Source: Pseudomonadota bacterium | Lineage (GTDB): Bacteria; Desulfobacterota; Desulfobacteria; Desulfobacterales; JBDRRP01 | Direction of reading: 5' to 3' | Length of the DNA: 64,000 bases | NCBI GenBank assembly: GCA_043825735.1 | Contig: JBDRRP010000075.1 | Location: 1-64,000, forward strand | Shown: piece by piece, positions 40,258 to 49,202 of the stretch | Layout: each line of letters starts with the position of its first letter | Numbering within the stretch: the stretch's first letter is position 1 | The notes under the pieces: generated by a model | The model's input: the letters and a program-made list of their open reading frames with translations, nothing else | Databases searched by the model: none | Told to the model about the DNA's origin: nothing | Program-made: the position numbers and the translations under genes

Positions 40258-41910
40258 TCACGGAAATGCTTTTGTGATGCGGTCGGGATCAAAAGAAAAC
40301 TCACCGTTGTTTTCTTCGAGCAGCGCGCCGGTGGCAAACAGCAGTTGGGTTCTTGCCACGGCGTACTTGCGGACGGCTTCGATAACGGTGAGTCGCGATT
40401 TGATGAAACGATCCTCGATGTCTATGAGTGCGTTCAGACTCGATTCGCCAGCATCGTATTTTTTCTTCTCAAAGGCAACAGCCTTCTGGTAGGCCTTTGC
40501 CGACTGAACCGCCAGTGCATACTCGCTTCGGGCGCTGTTCTCCGCATTGACGGCAAGCATGACATCGGCAGCAATCTGATTGAGCAACAACGCCGCCGAA
40601 AGCTTTGACTGACGGACTACTGCGCGCTGGGACACCAGCTGCCCTCGCGCCGCATCATTGTAAATGGGAAGCTCCAGGGTCACTCCGGCATAACCATTGG
40701 GTCCCTTCAAACGATTATTGAAAGATCGGTAGTAGCGGCTGTAGTCATCGTTTTCAGCGATACCGGCGTAGCCGACCTGGATGGAAAAATCCATTCGGGG
40801 CTTGGTGTTGTTTTGTGCCTTGTCAAAGAGGATCGTCTGGGTATCGATGCTGGTAAGGGCGGCCAGGTAATCCTGGCGCTTGGCCTTGGCCCGCACGATC
40901 AGCGCCTCCGGGGCCGGTGCCGACGCCGCGTCGCCTGTGGGCGCAATCGGAAATTCTCCGCTGGGCGCCGGTGGGACGACCATCTGATCGGGACCGTAGC
41001 CCATGGTCAAGGCCAGCTCCTGGCGCCGCTGCCGGAATGCCAGCTCCCCCTTGGTAAGATCGGCCCGGTTGGCATACAGGTTGGCCCGGGCCTGGTTCAT
41101 GAAGGCCGGTTCCACGAGTCCTGCATCGACCATCCGACTCACATGGGTCAGCAGAAAGTCGGCCCGCTCGAACGAGTCCTTGGCCAGCGCATAACTTTGC
41201 TGCGCTGCCAGGCAATTCCAGAACGCCGACACCGTGCCGTAGACCTGTTGGGAGATATTGTGCGCCGAGATCTGCACCGTGGCGCGCCGGCTGGATTCCG
41301 CCGCCAGGTAATCGGCCCCCGTGGCCTTCTCCCCAAGCCCCCGAAGCATCGGGATCACCATCGTCACATAAACATCTGAGCGGCTCGCAGGGTCCTTGTG
41401 GTCATAGCTGTTTTCGTAATCCACCACGGCGGCGGACGGGGAAACGGTGATGCCGTTCATAAACTGCCGCATCACCCCGGCGGAGATCGTGGTATGCCGC
41501 TCATCGATCTCTTCGGCGATAGCCCCGGTGTTTTTAGGAAAATTGGCCCCCGGCAGGGTGTTCATAAAATCAATGATGGCATTGTTGTCGGCCTGAGCCT
41601 TGCTTTGGGCCCGCTGTGTGGACTCGCTCACCGGCAGGGTCTCGGTCCCGTACCGGGCGGCTGAAAAAAACAACCAGTCGAACTGCCCGCGGGCCGTCTG
41701 GACAACGCCGTCCGTTACGACGACCGCCTCTTTTTCGATCTGCACGCCGGGGTTTGCGGACAGGGTGCTGTAAACCGCCTCGCCAAGCGTCACCAGGGTA
41801 TCCGTCGCCGGTGCATTCGCCGCCCTGCAATGAACGGCCGGTCCTGCGACAAGGAGGATTCCCAAAACGGCGGCGACCCAAATATGATTACCCCGTGCCT
41901 TCCCATTCAT
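40258..41910 (-). CDS. TolC-family outer membrane efflux protein
   Basis: Signal peptide; two OEP-like repeats (LELPIYN; KKYDAG..SLNAL). Confidence 0.85.
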   Translation of the reverse strand: MNGKARGNHIWVAAVLGILLVAGPAVHCRAANAPATDTLVTLGEAVYSTLSANPGVQIEKEAVVVTDGVVQTARGQFDWLFFSAARYGTETLPVSESTQRAQSKAQADNNAIIDFMNTLPGANFPKNTGAIAEEIDERHTTISAGVMRQFMNGITVSPSAAVVDYENSYDHKDPASRSDVYVTMVIPMLRGLGEKATGADYLAAESSRRATVQISAHNISQQVYGTVSAFWNCLAAQQSYALAKDSFERADFLLTHVSRMVDAGLVEPAFMNQARANLYANRADLTKGELAFRQRRQELALTMGYGPDQMVVPPAPSGEFPIAPTGDAASAPAPEALIVRAKAKRQDYLAALTSIDTQTILFDKAQNNTKPRMDFSIQVGYAGIAENDDYSRYYRSFNNRLKGPNGYAGVTLELPIYNDAARGQLVSQRAVVRQSKLSAALLLNQIAADVMLAVNAENSARSEYALAVQSAKAYQKAVAFEKKKYDAGESSLNALIDIEDRFIKSRLTVIEAVRKYAVARTQLLFATGALLEENNGEFSFDPDRITKAFP

Positions 41911-41944
41911 ATGACACCCCTCCCCTCTGCTCTCAGGAGCCTTC

Positions 41945-42679
41945 TTACGCAGGGTCTACGCAATTGAGATCCTTTCCGGTGAAAAACACGGCATGGCGAT
42001 GTTTCAAATAGTCGATCACTTCCCGGACACACACCAAGGCCGCCGGTCCGGTGCGGAAACGGCAATCCAGGCGCAGCTTTTCCCGTCTCAGATCAACGAA
42101 CTCCCATGGATGGACAAACAGCACCAGCGGGCTGGAAAGACTGGACAGCCAGAAAAAACGGATCCACCGCGGCAGACGCAGCACCGAAGAGGTCACCGAT
42201 GTGGCAACGCACGTCAGGGGCAAAGGTGCACGATTCGCCCGAAAGCTGCGTTTGTAGACCGCCTGTGACGCATCGACCCGGAAACCGTTTTCCGCCAGCA
42301 AATCGTAATAGTCGGGAGGAAACCGCAGATACGGGGCCCTGAAAACCGTCACCGGAGCGAACGCCCTGAGAGCGGCCGCCGCTTTTCGGATGTCCGCTTC
42401 TGCCTCGGCCCGCCCCATCGCAGCGTAGCTCCCATGCAAATCCCCGTGGCACCCCAGTTCATGACCGGCCGCCACGATGTCGCGCACCTGGCTGGGAAAG
42501 CGCCGGGCCACGTCGCCCGTGACAAAAAACGTGGCCGGAATCTGCGCGGCGTCCAGCACTGCAAGCAACCGGTGGATCCCCCGCACGACACCCCGGTATC
42601 CTGAAAGATATGGCGGGCAGTCCGGCTCCACGTCCACGGTGAACCATACTTTCCGGCGCCCGTCACCCACTGCCGTCAC
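41945..42679 (-). CDS. Polysaccharide deacetylase (NodB/CE4) family protein
   Basis: TVDVE, ATFFVTG, HELGCHG..H, FRAPY, FVHPWE. Confidence 0.85.
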   Translation of the reverse strand: MTAVGDGRRKVWFTVDVEPDCPPYLSGYRGVVRGIHRLLAVLDAAQIPATFFVTGDVARRFPSQVRDIVAAGHELGCHGDLHGSYAAMGRAEAEADIRKAAAALRAFAPVTVFRAPYLRFPPDYYDLLAENGFRVDASQAVYKRSFRANRAPLPLTCVATSVTSSVLRLPRWIRFFWLSSLSSPLVLFVHPWEFVDLRREKLRLDCRFRTGPAALVCVREVIDYLKHRHAVFFTGKDLNCVDPA

Positions 42680-42682
42680 CCG

Positions 42683-43951
42683 TTACCGTTTCGCATTTCG
42701 AAAGACCAGGCACACGTTGCTCCCGCCAAAGCCACTGCTGTTGCTCACGGCGACCTCCAGCGGTCGGCGCAGCGTTTCCGTGGGCAGATTCAACCTTTCG
42801 CAGCAAGGATCCGGTTTGGCCAGATGGGCAGCGCCCGGAATGATTCCCGCCTTGAGCGACAGGGCGCAAAATGCCGCCTCCATCGCACCGGCCATGGACA
42901 GGGCATGACCGGTGAGGGCCTTGGTGCTGCTAACGGCAGGAAAGGCGCCCGCGGCGGAAAATACGGTATCGATGGCCAGCGCTTCCGCCTTGTCGCCGAT
43001 CTGGGTGGAGGTGGCATGGGCGTTGATATAATCGACCTGGCCGGCACGGATGCCGGCGGCACCTAGCGCGCGTTTCATGGCCGTTGCCAGCCCGGAGCCC
43101 TCGGGATGGGGTATGGCCACGTGATAGCCGTCGGAGGCCTGTCCCCAACCGGCGATATCCGCATAGATGGCGGCGTTTCGCGCCAGAGCCTCGCATGTCC
43201 GCTCCAAAACGAGCGCCACCGCACCGCCGGTGCCCACAAACCCATCCCGCCAGCGGTCAAAAGGCCGGGAGGCCGTATCCGGATCCGGATTGCCGGAAAG
43301 GGTCCGCATCGCCCAAAACGGCAGCAAGTTGTCGGCTGTCATTTCCTCAGCACCGACCACCAGCATTCTCCGGTGCCTTCCAAGCATGATTTCGTCACAG
43401 GCATATCCGATGGCGTGGCTGCTGGAAGCGCAGGCCGAGACAAAACCACAGTTGGCGCCACGGATACCTAACATGGCCCCGAGATTGAAGTTCAGTGTAC
43501 CGCAAACTGATTTCACGACCCCCAGCGGGTCCCCCCGGAGCCCGCGGTTTTCATGCATTTCATTGAGATTGGCACGGAGCAGAGAAGGTGACCCGCCCGA
43601 TGCACAAAACAACCCCGTATCGTCGCCACTGATCCGTGCCGGGTCCAATCGGGCATCGTCGATTGCCTGACGAAGGGCGCAGGCGGCGTAAAGAACGTGC
43701 GGTGAAAAAGCGCGCAACGCCAGTTTGGGTATGTCATAGCCGGCGGGATAGACCCACTTGTAAAAGAATTCGGAGCGGGTATCGAATCCTTTGATGGTGC
43801 CGGCCACCGATAGCGGGTTTTCCAGAAAGGCGACTTTTTCAAAGCCGTGCCGCAGGTGGATGAGGCTATCGAGCACTGAGGCCTTGTCATTGCCGATACT
43901 GGTGACAAAGCCGAGACCTGTGATGGACACCCCGCTGATCTGATCGGCCAT
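42683..43951 (-). CDS. Beta-ketoacyl-ACP synthase (FabF/FabB-like)
   Basis: Catalytic Cys-His-His triad: SACASS, NAHATST, TGHAL; NSSGFGGSN. Confidence 0.9.
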   Translation of the reverse strand: MADQISGVSITGLGFVTSIGNDKASVLDSLIHLRHGFEKVAFLENPLSVAGTIKGFDTRSEFFYKWVYPAGYDIPKLALRAFSPHVLYAACALRQAIDDARLDPARISGDDTGLFCASGGSPSLLRANLNEMHENRGLRGDPLGVVKSVCGTLNFNLGAMLGIRGANCGFVSACASSSHAIGYACDEIMLGRHRRMLVVGAEEMTADNLLPFWAMRTLSGNPDPDTASRPFDRWRDGFVGTGGAVALVLERTCEALARNAAIYADIAGWGQASDGYHVAIPHPEGSGLATAMKRALGAAGIRAGQVDYINAHATSTQIGDKAEALAIDTVFSAAGAFPAVSSTKALTGHALSMAGAMEAAFCALSLKAGIIPGAAHLAKPDPCCERLNLPTETLRRPLEVAVSNSSGFGGSNVCLVFRNAKR

Positions 43952-43970
43952 AAATCTCCTAGCGCCGGAT

Positions 43971-44345
43971 TCAGGCCTCCAGATTGAGTTTCTGGCGCAT
44001 GAATGCTTTGACTTCAGCGACGGTCGTGAGCGTCATCACTTCGTCGTCGGCAATGATGATGCCAAAAATGTCCTCCGAAAGAAACACCAGCTCGGTCATC
44101 GCGATGGAATCGAACCCGAGGTCATTGATAAGGTGGGCCGAATCGGGGATGGCGCCCGCTTCTCCGCCTGCCGGCATGAAAAACCGGATTGCGCCGATGA
44201 TCGCACGATCCAGCATCGCAGGGTCGCCGTTGCTGCGAAACGTGTAGTAAGCCGATTCCGCCTCATCGGAAAGGCCTTCGAGCTTTTCTCTCAACCGATC
44301 GGTGATCTCCGGAAATTTTGAAGCAATGCAGCCACTGCCTTCCAT
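43971..44345 (-). CDS. Acyl carrier protein with N-terminal extension
   Basis: DLGFDSIAM phosphopantetheine site; 124 aa, longer than a standard ACP. Confidence 0.8.
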   Translation of the reverse strand: MEGSGCIASKFPEITDRLREKLEGLSDEAESAYYTFRSNGDPAMLDRAIIGAIRFFMPAGGEAGAIPDSAHLINDLGFDSIAMTELVFLSEDIFGIIIADDEVMTLTTVAEVKAFMRQKLNLEA

Positions 44346-44454
44346 TATCAATCCTCTCAAGCAGATCATTGAAACCGCTACCCGCACTATAGCGGAATTA
44401 TCGATGCGCCACAACACGCGCGTGCTTGCGTGCGGCGCCCGAGGCGTATCGCCG

Positions 44455-45645
44455 CTATTTCTTCATCAAATGGGTGACGGCCTTTTCCAGACCGTCCAGG
44501 GTCAGCTCGAACATGGGGAAAACCCCGCCGATGGCGCCGATACTGTGGGTGTGCGGCCACATGCGGGCGGGCACCGGGTTGAGCCAGGCGCAGCGGGGAA
44601 ATGTGTCCGCGATGAACCGGAGCTGCTCGATGCTGGCCCGGCCGCTGCGCTCATAGGCGTAGATGGAGCCGTCGGCAGCCATGAGTTCATAAGGGGCCAT
44701 GCTGGCATCGCCCACGGCGATAAAGCGGGTCTCCGGGTCGAAGCGCGAGAACTCAGCCACCCGCTTGGGTTTGCGGTGGCGGGCCGGATCGCCGTAAACG
44801 AAATCGTAGATCGTGTTGTGGAAAAAGTAGGTTTTGATGTCCTTGAACTGGGCCCGGGCATAGTCGAAGAGCGTCTGAACCACGGAGATGTAGGGGTCCA
44901 TGGACCAGCCGCCGTTGTCGATGGCCAAAACGATCTTGAGCCGGTCCTTGAGCGCGCGGGAAAAGACGATCTCGATCTCGCCGGCGTTTTTGAGAGTCCG
45001 GTAGATGGTGGCGTCCACATCCACCACATCCTTGGGACCGGCGGGTCTGAGGTGCCTGAGCCGTTTGAGGGCTTCGCCCACCAGCGCCTCGGTAAGGGGC
45101 CCCTGACGAGAGTAGTCCTTGTAGCGGCGCTCGAGCGCCACCGAGACGGCCGACTTGTTCCGGGAGACGCCGCCCACGCGCATGCCCCCCGGGTGGTGGC
45201 CGGAATGCCCCACCGGGGAGGTCCCGCCGGTGCCGATCCAGCGGCTGCCGCCGTCGTGGCGCCCGTCCTGATCCCGAAGGCGGTCCTTGAAATACTGGAG
45301 AAGTTCTTCCTGCGTGTATTTGCTGAGTTCTTCTTCGTCCATCCCCAGTGCATTGGCCAGGCTTTTGGGGTCCTTGAGCCATTCGGCCAGCATCGCCCGG
45401 GCAATGTCGTCGAGTTCCTCATCGGCCACATCGGGCAGCGCCGCCCCCTCGAAATAGTGGGCGAACACCCGGTCGTAGACGTCGAAATACCGTTCGCTTT
45501 TAACCAGAATGGTGCGCGATGCCGTGTAGAAGTCTTCCAGACTGCTCACCAGTCCTGAGCGCAGCGCTCGCTGGAGCGTCAAAAACGCCGTGGGGCTGAC
45601 CTGTATGCCCTGCTCGCGCAGGGTGTAGAAAAAAGGAACGAACAT
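44455..45645 (-). CDS. VWA-domain (CoxE-like) protein
   Basis: WIGTGGTSP.GH, DNGGSWMDPY-like MIDAS region (DNGGWSMDPY), YFFHN, VGDASMAPYEL; downstream of MoxR. Confidence 0.8.
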   Translation of the reverse strand: MFVPFFYTLREQGIQVSPTAFLTLQRALRSGLVSSLEDFYTASRTILVKSERYFDVYDRVFAHYFEGAALPDVADEELDDIARAMLAEWLKDPKSLANALGMDEEELSKYTQEELLQYFKDRLRDQDGRHDGGSRWIGTGGTSPVGHSGHHPGGMRVGGVSRNKSAVSVALERRYKDYSRQGPLTEALVGEALKRLRHLRPAGPKDVVDVDATIYRTLKNAGEIEIVFSRALKDRLKIVLAIDNGGWSMDPYISVVQTLFDYARAQFKDIKTYFFHNTIYDFVYGDPARHRKPKRVAEFSRFDPETRFIAVGDASMAPYELMAADGSIYAYERSGRASIEQLRFIADTFPRCAWLNPVPARMWPHTHSIGAIGGVFPMFELTLDGLEKAVTHLMKK

Positions 45646-45676
45646 AAATAGTGCCTGACCTCGGGAACCGCTCAAT

Positions 45677-45842
45677 TCTGGTTATGCACAAGATTGGTAA
45701 AATCGTAAAAAGTTATTTTGAACCACGAAGTTCACGAAGGGCACGAAGATTTTCCATCTCAAGCGTGTTTAAGGCTTTCTTCGTGCACTTCGTGGCCTTC
45801 GTGGTTCACATTCAAAGCCACCGGCAACGTCAATTGAGAATT
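45677..45842. repeat. Composite palindromic repeat, homologous to 56074-56257
   Basis: TCTGGTTATGCACAA ... CCACGAAGTTCACGAAG / CTTCGTGCACTTCGTGGCCTTCGTGGTTCACA ... AACGTCAA..GAGAATT shared by both copies. Confidence 0.8.
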
Positions 45843-45861
45843 AAGCCATGCGCATCTGTTG

Positions 45862-46716
45862 TTACAGCAGGCGCCGCCGGCTCACCTGGTTGACCACCCG
45901 CTCGTAATCCTGGCTCTTTTTAAAAAGCACCCCCAGGTAGGGGACCGTACCCTTGGCCAGTTGTTTGGGAGAAAAGTCCGGATCTGCCTTCAGGGCACGG
46001 ATCCAGTTGATGAGCTCCCGGGTGGCCGGTTTTTTCTCGATGGCGTCCAGCTCCCGCAGCCGGTAGAAGGCGGTGACGGCGTTCTCCATCAACTCGCCCG
46101 CCAGATCCGGGAAATGCACGGCGATAATCCGCCGCATCATGGTCGGCTCCGGGAAGGCGATGTGGTGAAAATTGCACCGGCCCAGGAACGGATCGGAGAG
46201 GTCTTTCTTGGCGTTGGAGGTGATGATGATGACCGGCCGGTTTTTGGCGCCGATGGTCCGGTCGATTTCGATGATGTCAAATTCCATCTGGTCAAGCACG
46301 TCGAGCATGTCGTCCTGGAAATCGGTGTCGGCCTTGTCGATCTCGTCGATGAGCAGCACAGTGCGCCGCTCGGCGGTGAATGCCTGGCCGATCTTGCCCA
46401 TGCGGATGTAGTCTTCGATGTTGCTCACGTCGCGGCTGGAGTCGCCGAAGCGGCTGTCATTGAGGCGGGTGAGGGTATCGTACTGGTAGAGCGCTTCCAC
46501 CAGTTTCATGCTCGATTTGACGTTGAGAATGATCAGCGGCATTTCCAGATTTTCGGCAATCGCGTGGGCCAGCATGGTTTTTCCGGTGCCCGGCTCGCCT
46601 TTGAGCAGCAGGGGCATCTCCAGTGCCATGGAGATATTGACGATGCGCGCCAGTTCATCGTCGAGTACGTATCGGGTGGCGCCGGAAAAGCGCCCGGCTT
46701 GCGGTGACTCGGTCAT
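45862..46716 (-). CDS. MoxR-family AAA+ ATPase
   Basis: GEPGTGKT, LLIDEIDKAD, ITSN...L.D.FL.RC. Confidence 0.9.
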   Translation of the reverse strand: MTESPQAGRFSGATRYVLDDELARIVNISMALEMPLLLKGEPGTGKTMLAHAIAENLEMPLIILNVKSSMKLVEALYQYDTLTRLNDSRFGDSSRDVSNIEDYIRMGKIGQAFTAERRTVLLIDEIDKADTDFQDDMLDVLDQMEFDIIEIDRTIGAKNRPVIIITSNAKKDLSDPFLGRCNFHHIAFPEPTMMRRIIAVHFPDLAGELMENAVTAFYRLRELDAIEKKPATRELINWIRALKADPDFSPKQLAKGTVPYLGVLFKKSQDYERVVNQVSRRRLL

Positions 46717-46742
46717 AATATCCTCTTTCGGTGTGTCATCAT

Positions 46743-46877
46743 TGATAGTTTCGTGAAAAACCAGAAATCACCACAGAGGACGCAGAGAGCACAGAGATAA
46801 CTCATTAATAATATAAAATATTCTCTGTGGCCCTCTGCGATCTCTGCGGTTCAAAAGCACTTTTTACCGGTTCATCA
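46743..46877. repeat. Composite palindromic repeat
   Basis: CGTGAAAAA / CTTTTTAC outer arms around ACCACAGAGGACGCAGAGAGCACAGAG and its inverted copy. Confidence 0.8.
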
Positions 46878-46983
46878 TTATAGTTCAACAGCGTGGCGTG
46901 CGCTCTCCGTAGTAAAAATTACTTCGCTTTGCTATGAAGCGCCAGTATCGTCTCAACGGCCACTTTCTCATAGCCTCTTTTTG

Positions 46984-47069
46984 ATCACCAAGAAGTTCAC
47001 GAAGGACACGACGGTTTTATCACCCACTCTTTTAAAGTTTTTCTTCGTGCACTCCGTGTTCTTTGTGAT
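46984..47069. repeat. 9-bp-unit palindromic repeat
   Basis: ATCACCAAGAAGTTCACGAAGGACACG ... CTTCGTGCACTCCGTGTTCTTTGTGAT. Confidence 0.75.
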
Positions 47070-47109
47070 TCCCGATTCAGCGGCGTCGGCAAGGACCCCG
47101 CTGGATCTA

Positions 47110-48189
47110 TCATGACGACGCAATCATGCCCCGCAGCACATCGGACACCTCCCGCGTCAGTGAGAGCACGCGAAGGGCCAGCTCGGGGCTCAAGGCGCCG
47201 ACGCCGCAACTGGGCGAGATTAGCGATTGGCGCATCACCTGCTGCCGGTTCAGCCCCAGCGCCACCAGGCGATCCACTCCCGCAACAAACCGGGCAACCA
47301 GCGAATCCACGGTTTCCCCCAGGATATCCGCCGCGTCCAGCGTGGGCACGATGCCCCAGGCCAGATAACGGCCTGATTGCAAAAAGCCGCGCACGGCATC
47401 CGGATAGAGAATGAACCGATCAAAATAGGCAAAAGCGTCAAAATTGACGATATCCACCGCAGACTCGAGCACCAGGGACCAGTCGGTATTGGCGCAGACA
47501 TGGATACCGGCCAGTCCGCCCGCGCCATGAACGGTGGCAATGACTTCGGCCAGCGCCGCGGCCACGGCCTCCCGGGTCATACTGATAAACTCACTGGAAC
47601 CAAAGCCCGCCAGGGCCGGCTCATCGATGAAGATGATCACCGGAACGCCGAAGGGCGACAGTCGCTCCACCTGCCAGCGGGCGTTGCCGGCCAGCTGTTT
47701 GACCGCCACGTCCCTGAGCTGCGGATCGTAGAAAATGGCCTGTCCGGTAGAATCCTTCAGCCCGGTGGTGAAAGTGATGGGGCCGGTCACCTGCCCCTTG
47801 ATCGCTGCCAGCGGCGCGGACCTGTCGGCCAGCGCGCGCTCGAGCACATAAAACCCGCCGGCGACACCGGGGTCGAGACCAAATCCGGCGGACCGGGCGT
47901 CGAGCGCGCCGTCTTCCATGGACAGGTAGCGTTCATAAAAAGCCACCAGTGCATCGCCGAAGGCCTCATCCGCCGTGTCGATATAATAGCGGCCGGTTTC
48001 CTGTTTCAGACCGGGCATGCCCGGAAGAAACTGCTCGACCATGCCTTCGCCTGCCAGCCGGGGCAACTGCGCCCACACAGGCACCTCGGGCGTGGTGGAT
48101 TGAACCAGCCGCTGGGCTTCTTCGTGATCGGTGAGCGGCATGCTGCCGATGAGCACGGGCCGACAGTACCCCGTAAACGCATGAGTCAT
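47110..48189 (-). CDS. Core (single-barrel, folate-independent, MesB-like) methionine synthase
   Basis: IGSMP, W.QLP, KGQVTGP.T, IDEP, zinc ligands HVC and PSCG; only about 360 aa. Confidence 0.7.
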   Translation of the reverse strand: MTHAFTGYCRPVLIGSMPLTDHEEAQRLVQSTTPEVPVWAQLPRLAGEGMVEQFLPGMPGLKQETGRYYIDTADEAFGDALVAFYERYLSMEDGALDARSAGFGLDPGVAGGFYVLERALADRSAPLAAIKGQVTGPITFTTGLKDSTGQAIFYDPQLRDVAVKQLAGNARWQVERLSPFGVPVIIFIDEPALAGFGSSEFISMTREAVAAALAEVIATVHGAGGLAGIHVCANTDWSLVLESAVDIVNFDAFAYFDRFILYPDAVRGFLQSGRYLAWGIVPTLDAADILGETVDSLVARFVAGVDRLVALGLNRQQVMRQSLISPSCGVGALSPELALRVLSLTREVSDVLRGMIASS

Positions 48190-48336
48190 TGAACTCTCCG
48201 TCTCTGGTAATTTAGTGTCATCGCTTACCATAGCCCTCCCGGACGATCAAGCCGGGGCCAATTGACACCCCCGGGGCCCGGTGCTATAAGTTCACCGTCT
48301 TTCTGGATGCTCCTTACTAATTGCGCGGACGCCATC

Positions 48337-48747
48337 GTGGCCGATATTATCCCATTGGACAACAAACGGCAGTCGGTGGAAGAAACAAAAGCCGCCAAAC
48401 TTCGGGAGCGAAAGATCCGGGCCGTGCAGTCGGTGATATTGCACACCCGGAATGCGCCACGGTGTGAAAAGTGCGGCGTCCTGATCAAGACAGCGGGCGA
48501 ATCGGTTCCCGAGAGCTTTGGGCTTCGCGTACCGTACCGTTTTTGCCGCGGTTGCAGCGAAGAATATACGGATTACATCGAGTGCCTCAAAGGCGACGCG
48601 AACCCGTCCCATTTCTGGCAGCAGGACGAATGGTTGCAGGCCTGGACACGGTGGATCGACTACCAGGGTACCGTCGATCGGTATCTGAAATCCAGCGCGT
48701 TTAAAGCACTACTCGATGACTTGAGATCAAACCGGCCTGAGGAATAG
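48337..48747 (+). CDS. Hypothetical protein with two CxxC pairs
   Basis: GTG start (MADIIPL); CEKC and CRGC motifs; stop lies just before the tatA RBS. Confidence 0.65.
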   Translation: MADIIPLDNKRQSVEETKAAKLRERKIRAVQSVILHTRNAPRCEKCGVLIKTAGESVPESFGLRVPYRFCRGCSEEYTDYIECLKGDANPSHFWQQDEWLQAWTRWIDYQGTVDRYLKSSAFKALLDDLRSNRPEE

Positions 48748-48756
48748 GAGGAGTGT

Positions 48757-48954
48757 ATGATTGGTGGAATTGGAATGCCCGAATTGATCGTCATCCTGGT
48801 GATCATTCTGATCATTTTCGGGGCCGGAAAACTCCCGGAGATCGGTTCAGGATTGGGTAAGGCCATTCGAAATTTCAAAGGTTCATCAGAAGACATCGAG
48901 GCCAAGCCGGCAGAAAAGCAGATCGATGACAAGGACCCCGACAAACAGGCTTAA
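48757..48954 (+). CDS. tatA: Twin-arginine translocase TatA
   Basis: [46 protein letters not shown]. Confidence 0.95.
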   Translation: MIGGIGMPELIVILVIILIIFGAGKLPEIGSGLGKAIRNFKGSSEDIEAKPAEKQIDDKDPDKQA

Positions 48955-48992
48955 GAGACTGGAAACGACCGCAACGGCGGCCTGCTGAAGAC

Positions 48993-49049
48993 AAAAAAAC
49001 CAACGGGTATCGGCACGGAACCATCCTCCGCAGCCGGTACCCTCTTTTT
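48993..49049. terminator. Probable terminator between tatA and the AAA ATPase
   Basis: A-run, GGGTATCGGC..GCCGGTACCC stem, T-run. Confidence 0.55.
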
Positions 49050-49202
49050 GTTTGTGCCCTTCCATAATTGCTCTAAACTTTATCCCAAAACCGGGTGTTT
49101 TCAGCCCGATTTCAGGGGGCGCGCCCCCTACTTTCCTCATGATTACTGCTACTTGACTTGGGCGACCCCAATCCGCAATCCGTCGCAGCCCACAGGGGGG
49201 AG

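Noticed and set aside
27252..44345. NRPS or type II PKS antibiotic cluster
   Set aside because: No NRPS modules, chain-length factor or cyclases; surrounding genes are lipid and glycan enzymes
44455..46716. MoxR/VWA pair as part of the lipid cluster
   Set aside because: Common chaperone module, interspersed with host repeats; no evidence of a functional link
45677..47069. Clustered short repeats as a possible CRISPR array
   Set aside because: They are inverted arms around loops, not direct repeats with unique regular spacers; no cas genes
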